From IMG/VR virus record IMGVR_UViG_3300010413_000010, positions 1 to 64,000 of that record: a DNA stretch of 64,000 nt; one strand, written 5' to 3'. Below are positions 9,147 through 16,397 of this stretch, in pieces. The stretch comes from a virus. Each line of letters opens with the position of its first letter. Position 1 is the first letter of the stretch. A program made the translations under genes and the position numbers. The notes under the pieces are model-generated. The model was not told where the DNA came from. It was given only the letters and a program-made list of their open reading frames with translations, and did not search any database.

Positions 9147-9641
9147 ATGATTAAAAACATTATAAAAGGTGATTTAATTGAGTATGCAGAGAAGGGACGT
9201 TACGACATGATTGTGCATGGATGTAACTGTTTTCACAACATGGAAGCCGGTTTTGCGAGGCAGTTAATAACACGATATCCAGGCGTGTTCCGGGCCGACT
9301 GTGAGCAAACCAATAGCGGAGATCGAAAAAAGCTTGGGCGTCATACCAAGTTTCACACAGGGAAATTTCTAATAATTAACGCTTACACTCAATTTTCTTA
9401 TGGCGGAGAACGGGACATATACTACCCGGCACTGTCTAGAGTGTTTTATGACTTAAACCATCAGTATCCGGGTACAAAGGTGGGAATCCCGAAAATAGGG
9501 ACGGGCATAGCCGGTGGGGATTGGGACATTATTTCCGAACTAATAAATGCTACTACCTCCAACCTCGATATCGAAGTAATTGAGCCACGGGTGAAGAAGT
9601 CAAAGCTTATGGAGAGTATGGCTTCCTTAGTGGGGGGTTAA
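9147..9641 (+). CDS. macrodomain protein, copy 2 (leaderless)
   Basis: IKGDLI, IVHGCNCFHNMEAGFA, INAYTQF, PKIGTGIAGGDW. Confidence 0.9.
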   Translation: MIKNIIKGDLIEYAEKGRYDMIVHGCNCFHNMEAGFARQLITRYPGVFRADCEQTNSGDRKKLGRHTKFHTGKFLIINAYTQFSYGGERDIYYPALSRVFYDLNHQYPGTKVGIPKIGTGIAGGDWDIISELINATTSNLDIEVIEPRVKKSKLMESMASLVGG

Positions 9642-9722
9642 TACCCTACAGGGGATAATCAGGAAGTATACCCGACAGGGTATGAAACTGACTGATACTC
9701 CCTGAGTGTACCCGTCCGGGTA
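9642..9722. repeat. three palindromic TACCC-N4-GGG(T/G)A boxes
   Basis: 9642-9655, 9669-9682 and 9709-9722, between convergent genes. Confidence 0.6.
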
Positions 9723-9725
9723 TGG

Positions 9726-9935
9726 TTATAAATCCTTATTGTTCCAGGGACCGAGGCATGTGCAACTTTTGAATTCTGGGGCATCAGGGCCGATGAACAA
9801 TCCATCCCAGTCCCAGCAGAAATGATACCCTTGAGCGTGTTCTTCTTTGGTGTACCATTCTTTTGGTTTTGGGGCACCCCCTTTTCCGCCGTACATACTG
9901 TAGTGGACGTGTTCATCGAATCGCTTTCTGTCCAT
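9726..9935 (-). CDS. hypothetical protein
   Basis: 69 aa; HFCWDWDGLFI...EF..C.C motif; follows 9938..10117. Confidence 0.55.
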   Translation of the reverse strand: MDRKRFDEHVHYSMYGGKGGAPKPKEWYTKEEHAQGYHFCWDWDGLFIGPDAPEFKSCTCLGPWNNKDL

Positions 9936-9937
9936 TC

Positions 9938-10117
9938 CTACCTCAAATTTTTCAGAATGTTTTCGAGGATAATCTGTTTCTGATCAACGAGGCTCATGTA
10001 TTTCTCCCAGACGTCAGGCGGTTCCATTTTCTCTAGAAGGCTGGAGTATTGCTGTAATAGCGCATCAATCTCACTCTGAATCTTCGTTTTCTGTTCCTGG
10101 AGATTACCATTGTCCAT
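9938..10117 (-). CDS. 59-aa helical protein, paralog of 4902..5093 (absent from ORF track; leaderless)
   Basis: MDNGNLQEQKTKIQSEIDALLQQYSSLLEKMEPPDVWEKYMSLVDQ...; TGaTATACT 6 nt before ATG. Confidence 0.65.
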   Translation of the reverse strand: MDNGNLQEQKTKIQSEIDALLQQYSSLLEKMEPPDVWEKYMSLVDQKQIILENILKNLR

Positions 10118-10227
10118 GGAAAGAGTATATCATAGAAAAAACTGTGTTGTAGCAAATACTACTATTCGCTATAGTGTATACAATCTGAAAATGGTGCTAT
10201 TTAAGTAAAGTTTTAGTTCAAATTCGA

Positions 10228-10806
10228 GTGGGTAAAACTATGTACAGTTGGATGCACCTCGATACTGATAACTTCCTGGAGGAGGTCGGAAGGCCTCGCC
10301 TCGGGCGAAAGTACCATGTACACTATTGCCCTGAAAGGAGACTGTTGTTTCGTATCGCTGAAGGACCCTTTGATTCTGATTATGTGGACCGTGTAGGAAT
10401 GGTTTACAGGGATATGGAACATGCCGCTGTGGATGCGGATTTTGAGCCAGTGATTGAAATAATACAGCACCGGAATCAGGCTGCGTATATTGGAGATGCA
10501 GCGGAAAAACACCGGCGCTTTATATTAAGTCGAAAAGACACAGCCTTATTTGTTGGTGGTACAATTTTCGTTTTTGAGCCAACTTGTACTACGTTGTTGA
10601 GCTATGTGACGGCATATCTCCAGGCACTGCAAAGTCATGGGGTTTATGTGAGTGTCCAGCCTTCTATTGATCGAGCAGTCGAATATGCGACAGTTTTACG
10701 GAATAGGATTCGGGGGAAACGAGGTCTACCCCCGGTTATAGTAGGAGAAAATCAAAAAGAAGAACCTAAGATATGTGAAATCTTAGATGAAGTACACACG
10801 ACATAA
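10228..10806 (+). CDS. STAS/SpoIIAA-like protein, tandem paralog 1
   Basis: Shared GPF, FVF..C and S...AV..R patterns with 10819..11307; fold is inferred. Confidence 0.45.
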   Translation: MGKTMYSWMHLDTDNFLEEVGRPRLGRKYHVHYCPERRLLFRIAEGPFDSDYVDRVGMVYRDMEHAAVDADFEPVIEIIQHRNQAAYIGDAAEKHRRFILSRKDTALFVGGTIFVFEPTCTTLLSYVTAYLQALQSHGVYVSVQPSIDRAVEYATVLRNRIRGKRGLPPVIVGENQKEEPKICEILDEVHTT

Positions 10807-10818
10807 TGGGAGACAACC

Positions 10819-11307
10819 GTGAGCCTCTTTATTGATGATACAAACAGTTTTGAAAAATACTTCAAGAATGCACCGGACGGGGAACTGTCTTTTACTGCTA
10901 CAGACCAAAGAGTTGGTTATAGACTTTACACGATGGATGGCCCTTTTGGGCCTAAAACAGTCTCGGTCCACAGTCAAATTGGGGGAGAACACTTAGAAGA
11001 GTGTACCAGGGATGGACACCCGTATGTTGTCATTGTACTCTTTACGAAGATAGCTGCTGTTAAAAAAGGAGGTCTCCCTCTTGTAGAAGCTTGGGCCGCG
11101 AGAGGTGTTCGATTGAGGAAGAGTTATCCTCACATTTTATTTGTCTTTTCGAAAGATTGTTTAGTTGACGGGGCATTCATGAAAGAGGTGGGCACGGCTG
11201 TGAAAAAATACGGATACTTGATTGAACTTTACACTTCGACAACTGCGGCTGTTAGAAGAGTAAAGTCAATACGGCGTGAATGGAGGGAGTTCACCGAGGT
11301 CTCTTAA
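10819..11307 (+). CDS. STAS/SpoIIAA-like protein, tandem paralog 2
   Basis: As above; SD GGGAG. Confidence 0.45.
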   Translation: MSLFIDDTNSFEKYFKNAPDGELSFTATDQRVGYRLYTMDGPFGPKTVSVHSQIGGEHLEECTRDGHPYVVIVLFTKIAAVKKGGLPLVEAWAARGVRLRKSYPHILFVFSKDCLVDGAFMKEVGTAVKKYGYLIELYTSTTAAVRRVKSIRREWREFTEVS

Positions 11308-11316
11308 AAGCTGAGA

Positions 11317-11345
11317 TTGACGTGAGCAAAATTGTCTGGTATAAT
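11317..11345 (+). promoter_or_regulatory. strong sigma70-type promoter
   Basis: TTGACG-17-TATAAT with extended -10 TG. Confidence 0.8.
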
Positions 11346-11350
11346 TACAC

Positions 11351-11415
11351 AAAAGTCCTTTATGGCCTTTTTGTTGTTTTAACCGCCGGAGTGTTACTCT
11401 GGCGGTTATTTTTTT
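11351..11415 (+). ncRNA. candidate ~65-nt small RNA
   Basis: Promoter at 11317-11345 followed within ~35 nt by terminator TAACCGCCGGAG-TGTTA-CTCTGGCGGTTA-T7; no credible ORF. Confidence 0.6.
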
Positions 11416-11422
11416 ATTCTTC

Positions 11423-11456
11423 TTGCAATTGGAATATAATTATAATATAATTATAT
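11423..11456 (+). promoter_or_regulatory. promoter with overlapping palindromic operator for the mazE-mazF-like fusion gene
   Basis: TTGCAA-17-TATAAT; 23-bp palindrome ATATAATTATA-A-TATAATTATAT (11434-11456). Confidence 0.7.
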
Positions 11457-11479
11457 CTGAGCGAGAATGTGGAGGTATG

Positions 11480-11959
11480 ATGGAAACGTTTGAAGTAACG
11501 CTGCGTAAATGGGGAGATTCTCTAGGGATGACTCTCCCATTCTCACTACGAGAGTCCCTGGGCCTGTCGGCTGGGGACAAACTCATTCTTACCGCTACGG
11601 ATGAAGGCTTTACTGTTGCTACAGTAAAGGGTGAGTGGCTGGACGATTACAGGACAAGTGACCCGATTGTAGATGTAGATACAGGTGATTACATAAATGT
11701 CGGGGGGTCCCAGTACATGGTGTTATCAGCTAAAACCTACCATAGTCAGACTGGTCGAGCCCTTTGTGCTCCAATAGTTGGACAGGCAGGAAAGAAACCT
11801 GCACTAGCTGACGGCGCCGGACAGTTTATTCTTTTGGATGAGATTGAGACAGTTGGGCTAGGGCCAACATCTGAGAAGATTAAAAAACTAAAAATGAAGT
11901 GTAACCGAGCGGTTTTAAAGGAGGTATTAAACAGAGTTTCAGAAATCATTGCTCGGTAG
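11480..11959 (+). CDS. AbrB/MazE DNA-binding domain fused to a degenerate PemK/MazF-like domain
   Basis: LRKWGDSLGMTLP..LRESLGLSAGD (MazE); GDYINV..VLSAKTYHSQTGRALCAPI..LLDEIETV..VLKEVLNRVSEII (MazF-like); SD GGAGGT. Confidence 0.75.
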   Translation: METFEVTLRKWGDSLGMTLPFSLRESLGLSAGDKLILTATDEGFTVATVKGEWLDDYRTSDPIVDVDTGDYINVGGSQYMVLSAKTYHSQTGRALCAPIVGQAGKKPALADGAGQFILLDEIETVGLGPTSEKIKKLKMKCNRAVLKEVLNRVSEIIAR

Positions 11960-11985
11960 TACCTCATCGATAAAGGGGGAAATAA

Positions 11986-12885
11986 TTGTTTATCGAATAT
12001 ACAACAAAAAGGTTTAACAGATCGTCGTTGGAAATAATTGACCACGCCAACGAGATCATCGCTGATTATGACAATCGGGGGCTGATGCTGACGCTACGAC
12101 AGCTTTATTATCAGTTCGTCGCGCGGGGCTACATTGAGAATACGGAACGATCTTACAAGCGGATCGGGAACATCATCAGTGACGCTCGGTTGGCTGGACT
12201 GCTATCGTGGACAGCTATAGAAGATCGTACTCGAAATTTGAGTCGGGTTTCTACATGGGATTCTCCCAGCCACATCATGGGTGCGGTCATCAAGCAGTTC
12301 AAACTGGATAAGTGGGCCAACCAGCCGAACATGGTCGAGGTCTGGGTTGAGAAGGAAGCTCTCTCCGGGGTTGTCGAACAGGCCTGTCGTCCATACCAGA
12401 CTCCCTATTTTGCTTGCCGTGGCTACGTGTCACAGTCCGAAATGTGGAGAGCTGCCGAGAGGTTTTACCGGTACGCTAAAGAAGGGAAGGACGTTTACGT
12501 TCTCCACTTAGGCGACCATGACCCGTCCGGGATAGACATGACCCGCGACATTATGGACCGGCTGGAGACCTTTGAAGATTTTTCGACTTTAGTTGAGAGA
12601 GAGGCCCTGAACTTTAATCAAATCGAAGAGCTTCAGCCCCCTCCCAATCCTGCAAAGACCACTGACAGTCGTTTCAAGGATTATAAGGCGAAGTACGGGG
12701 AAGAGAGCTGGGAGCTCGATGCATTGGACCCTCAATATCTTATTGATCTCATTCAGAACTACATCGACAACCTTCTGGACCGTGACCTCTGGAATGAAGG
12801 ATTGGAACAGGAGAAAAAAGCCATTGCGACTCTGGAGGACGTTGAGGCAAGTATTGATGAAGACTGGGAGGCCGATGATGAGTGA
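11986..12885 (+). CDS. winged-helix plus TOPRIM protein (topoisomerase VI-A/Spo11-like fold)
   Basis: LTLRQLYYQFV, VEVWVEKEAL, LHLGDHDPSGIDM, WELDAL. Confidence 0.75.
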   Translation: MFIEYTTKRFNRSSLEIIDHANEIIADYDNRGLMLTLRQLYYQFVARGYIENTERSYKRIGNIISDARLAGLLSWTAIEDRTRNLSRVSTWDSPSHIMGAVIKQFKLDKWANQPNMVEVWVEKEALSGVVEQACRPYQTPYFACRGYVSQSEMWRAAERFYRYAKEGKDVYVLHLGDHDPSGIDMTRDIMDRLETFEDFSTLVEREALNFNQIEELQPPPNPAKTTDSRFKDYKAKYGEESWELDALDPQYLIDLIQNYIDNLLDRDLWNEGLEQEKKAIATLEDVEASIDEDWEADDE

Positions 12886-13321
12886 TGAATCTCGACCTGT
12901 TGGCGTCAAGATTGAAGAGTCCCACTGCAATGTTTGTGGGAAGGCCTTAACCGAATACACTTCGATTAAGTTCGGAATCGGCCCCGTCTGCAGGGCCAAG
13001 ATGGGGATTAAGAATAATCCTTCAGGATCGCAACGGGAGATGTTTATGGGAAGTTTTGAAGCACAGTTTGATTCTTTTGTACGAGATGGGGTCTTGGCCG
13101 TGATTGACACCGGTTGGAAAGAATCCCGGTCCGTAACAAACGACGTAGAGAATGTCGTAATCAAACTGAATGAGGAGTACGGGGACCTGACTCAATTCAA
13201 GAGGATCATATACCGGGATTCCGAAAAAGAGTGGGATCGTATTGTGGTGGATGAAAAGAGCCAGTTCCAAGCCTTTGCCCCATGCAAAGACCGTGGCAAT
13301 GGAGATTTTGGAGAAAATTGA
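12878..13321 (+). CDS. DUF6011-like Zn-finger protein
   Basis: CNVCGKALTEYTSIKFGIGPVC; C-terminal SVTNDVENV..IIYRDSEKEWD. Confidence 0.65.
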   Translation: MSDESRPVGVKIEESHCNVCGKALTEYTSIKFGIGPVCRAKMGIKNNPSGSQREMFMGSFEAQFDSFVRDGVLAVIDTGWKESRSVTNDVENVVIKLNEEYGDLTQFKRIIYRDSEKEWDRIVVDEKSQFQAFAPCKDRGNGDFGEN

Positions 13322-13413
13322 TATTTGGGGTTGACTCTGATAGGGATTCGTGATATGATACAGCATACGGTAAAACACCGTCACAAATCCCCTACATTTC
13401 CAGCGCACACGAC

Positions 13414-13764
13414 TTGCTACGTGAAACACACCTGCGGTGGAACTGTCTCTTCATAGCAACCCTATTTAAATCCTCATCCTGTGGTGCGCTGGTCCTGGAG
13501 AACAAGCGTATGCACAACGATGTGTTCGTCAAATTAGAACGAATCAATAATGCCACCCTCTCATGGGAGGGTAGCTCCCCTGACTATGTTGTCGGGGTGC
13601 GGTATCTGCCTCGGGATGAAATCCCTCGGGTAGTTGAACTGACGGTTGCTGGCAAAACTGAGTCGCGGAACGGAGAACTCGATCTTGAGAAGGTTGATAC
13701 TTACCGGGCAGCGACAAAGACCTTTGAACTGCTGTTTGCGTTAAGACGCAGTTTGGAGGAGTGA
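13414..13764 (+). CDS. hypothetical protein
   Basis: ORF downstream of TTGACT-17-TATGAT promoter (13331-13359); start uncertain. Confidence 0.45.
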   Translation: MLRETHLRWNCLFIATLFKSSSCGALVLENKRMHNDVFVKLERINNATLSWEGSSPDYVVGVRYLPRDEIPRVVELTVAGKTESRNGELDLEKVDTYRAATKTFELLFALRRSLEE

Positions 13765-13961
13765 TGGCAATTCATTTATTTGGTGCCTATGATGAGGCAC
13801 AGCTCATTTGCGATGAGTGTGGAGAAGAGCTAATCTTTTTCGATAAGGAGGAGGCTGTGGAATTCAAAAAGAGTTCCGATTGGACTTCTTTCCGGCTGAA
13901 AGATGGTTTTCTTGATCTTTGCCCGAGTTGCACTGAGCTCTATAAACGGAGACACGGATGA
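13761..13961 (+). CDS. small Zn-binding protein
   Basis: CDEC...W...DLCPSC. Confidence 0.6.
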   Translation: MMAIHLFGAYDEAQLICDECGEELIFFDKEEAVEFKKSSDWTSFRLKDGFLDLCPSCTELYKRRHG

Positions 13962-14215
13962 TAATAGTAGGATGGCTTTTAGCTTTGTATTTTGCTGTCG
14001 GCGCGGTTGTAGCGGTTGGGTTCCATTTTTTGATGGAGTTCACAGTCAAATACTATGACGAGGACTCCCCGACTTACAAGGCGATGGAGGCGATGATGCA
14101 GAGATCAGGCCACTTTCTGCTTTTACTGAGTGTTGTACTTACTTGGCCCCGTGATATTCGCGGGGTCATCATAGCCTGGAAAAAACTAGTTAAAGTGATG
14201 CGTGAGGACAAATGA
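13958..14215 (+). CDS. 2-TM membrane protein
   Basis: Hydrophobic segments, LTWP motif. Confidence 0.55.
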   Translation: MIIVGWLLALYFAVGAVVAVGFHFLMEFTVKYYDEDSPTYKAMEAMMQRSGHFLLLLSVVLTWPRDIRGVIIAWKKLVKVMREDK

Positions 14216-14391
14216 TGCCCATTTACGATCTTCAATGTGAAAGATGTAAAAAAGTGGTCGAGGTCATAGTCTCTCGACCGGAAGACAGGCCCACGCACTG
14301 CCAGTGCGGAGGGCCTTTTTTTATGCTCTATTCTCCTCCGAATGTTGTATTCAAGGGGAAGGGGTTTTATTCAACCGATAATCGGCGGTAG
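14212..14391 (+). CDS. FmdB-family zinc-ribbon protein (absent from ORF track)
   Basis: MPIYDLQCERC...CQCGG...VFKGKGFYSTDN. Confidence 0.8.
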   Translation: MMPIYDLQCERCKKVVEVIVSRPEDRPTHCQCGGPFFMLYSPPNVVFKGKGFYSTDNRR

Positions 14392-14400
14392 ACAGGGAGA

Positions 14401-14428
14401 CACGACGAAACCCTGAAAATGATATAAT
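14401..14428 (+). promoter_or_regulatory. putative late promoter (terminase operon)
   Basis: CACG-N10-GAAAATGATATAAT, same layout as 20614-20641. Confidence 0.6.
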
Positions 14429-14456
14429 ACCGATTATATTTTGCGCAGGAGTACAT

Positions 14457-15152
14457 ATGGCAATCAATGCTAAAGAACTTCTGGGCTTAGATGAGGATTC
14501 CGGCTCCGCCTTGGAGCGGATTGCACGACAATACAGACTCACTGATCTCCAGAAGAATTACGTTAAATACTACGTTGCAAACAACGGGAACCGCACAAAA
14601 GCAATGCTGGCGGCCGGTTACCAAGCAGACCATAAAGACATGATCCTGGATCGGACAAATAAATCCGATGCAGCCCAGAAAGCAAGGACAACTCTTTCGG
14701 TGACCGGAGTACAACTTATGAAAAATAAGAAGATACTCAAGGCTATCGGAGAGTACAAGGACTGTTACGTTTCTGAACGGCGCGGTGACATTGAAGAGAA
14801 TGTCTATAGAATCGCACAACTCCGAGCGAGTTATGACATCCGCGACATTGTTGACACCATTATCGGGTATTCCCCGGAAGAAATCGCTCAAAAAGTAAAA
14901 GCTCTCCCTGAAGACCTCGCTCTTTGCGTCGATAGCATTCAGTTTAAATACTGGGGCAAGGACGCAGACAGGTTTACTGTCGACATCAAGTTTGCTGACA
15001 GACAGAAAAACATTGAGTTCCTTTCTAAACTCACCGGAATGATGGTGGACAAGAAGGAAGTCAAAAATGTTGGGAACCAGATGCCGACCATCAACATCGG
15101 TATCATGAATTCCGACGGAAACACAGAAAAAGTAATAGTTGAGGAAAAGTAA
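14457..15152 (+). CDS. terS: terminase small subunit
   Basis: LTDLQKNYVKYYV..NGNRTKAMLAAGY HTH; IKFADRQKNIEFLSKLTGM; upstream of TerL. Confidence 0.8.
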   Translation: MAINAKELLGLDEDSGSALERIARQYRLTDLQKNYVKYYVANNGNRTKAMLAAGYQADHKDMILDRTNKSDAAQKARTTLSVTGVQLMKNKKILKAIGEYKDCYVSERRGDIEENVYRIAQLRASYDIRDIVDTIIGYSPEEIAQKVKALPEDLALCVDSIQFKYWGKDADRFTVDIKFADRQKNIEFLSKLTGMMVDKKEVKNVGNQMPTINIGIMNSDGNTEKVIVEEK

Positions 15153-15487
15153 TGAAAATTAAATTAACTGAGGCCTATCAGATCGCCAATCAGATCAGAC
15201 AGATGGGCGATCTACAGCTCCCATACCAAACATGGAAGACACTCCACAATTTCGCAGCCGCGACGGATGAAGAAATTCAAACAATCACTGCTTACCTGAA
15301 GGAGCAAGGAGTTGAGGGAGCTGGGCTGACTACGAAATTAAATGAGGAAGCCGTGAACGTAGAGATTGCTGTCGATAAGTACAGAACTCTCACAGAAGAG
15401 AATTTCAGCCAACTCAAGCTTACCGGCTCACAGTTTTCTGTTCTGAGTTTTTTCTTGAAAGAAAAAATGAAGGAAAAGAAAAAGTAA
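15152..15487 (+). CDS. hypothetical protein (DUF1617-like?)
   Basis: TAATG coupling to terS; family call weak. Confidence 0.5.
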   Translation: MKIKLTEAYQIANQIRQMGDLQLPYQTWKTLHNFAAATDEEIQTITAYLKEQGVEGAGLTTKLNEEAVNVEIAVDKYRTLTEENFSQLKLTGSQFSVLSFFLKEKMKEKKK

Positions 15488-15518
15488 CCTCGTTTAAAAA
15501 ATATATTACGGAGCAAGC

Positions 15519-16376
15519 ATGGAAGCCTTGATGACCACACTCGCAGGGCTGTTCCCCGAATTTTTCTTATATGTTCTATTTCTCATCGTAGCCATCCTCA
15601 TAATTGTTAAGGTAACAAAGGAAGGGACTCTGAGCTTCGGAAAAGCGAAACTAACTTTCAAAAACCGAGACGATGGTGCTATCAGGCAGGAGCTGTTTCA
15701 GGAAGGGCTGGCGTACCGGGAGTACACAGCAAAACTGGAAAAAGAAGTTTACGTGATAGCTTACCAAGAAAAACCACAACGTGCTGAACAGATTAGAAAG
15801 GAGATGGTCGCTACCTACGTCGCAGAAGTAAGCCGTCGATTTATCACGACTCTTGAGGCTAAAGCGAAAGAAAAAGGTGCAAACGACACAGAACTACAGA
15901 GAGATATCAACCGGGTACAGCTCGTAACAAAACTCATGGATTATGTCGTACGGGACAAACTCACGGAAGTCACCGTGAAGAACCACTTTGCCCGAGGAAA
16001 TGATGCTGAGTACGAGAAGAAAATTGCCGAATGGCAAGCAGCTCTCGAAGCCGATCTTAGAATTGAGATCGACATGAATCACCCATATGACAACATCACG
16101 TTTACTGAGAGCCAGGAAATAAAGGCCAGCGTAAAAGAGCACTACATCAAAATTCTAACTGATTTGATGCGACGGAGCCGCGCTGCTGCCCTGGACTCAA
16201 ACGAACGAATAGGCGCACTCAGAAAGGCGATAGAGTTGATCGACCGGGCTTACGCTGAAGGAACACCTATCAGGGCCAAAACCTTGAATGACTGGAAACA
16301 GGCTGGGTGGGACGGTTGGCGTGAAGAAATTGTAAAAAATAAAAACTTAATCTACGAGGTTGAAGCTTTAATTTAG
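15519..16376 (+). CDS. membrane-anchored helical protein
   Basis: Single N-terminal TM followed by a long helical soluble domain. Confidence 0.6.
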   Translation: MEALMTTLAGLFPEFFLYVLFLIVAILIIVKVTKEGTLSFGKAKLTFKNRDDGAIRQELFQEGLAYREYTAKLEKEVYVIAYQEKPQRAEQIRKEMVATYVAEVSRRFITTLEAKAKEKGANDTELQRDINRVQLVTKLMDYVVRDKLTEVTVKNHFARGNDAEYEKKIAEWQAALEADLRIEIDMNHPYDNITFTESQEIKASVKEHYIKILTDLMRRSRAAALDSNERIGALRKAIELIDRAYAEGTPIRAKTLNDWKQAGWDGWREEIVKNKNLIYEVEALI

Positions 16377-16397
16377 CCTCACACGAACAAAACAATT

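Noticed and set aside
9642-9722. Mini CRISPR array
   Set aside because: Repeats are only 14 bp, degenerate and irregularly spaced; no cas genes
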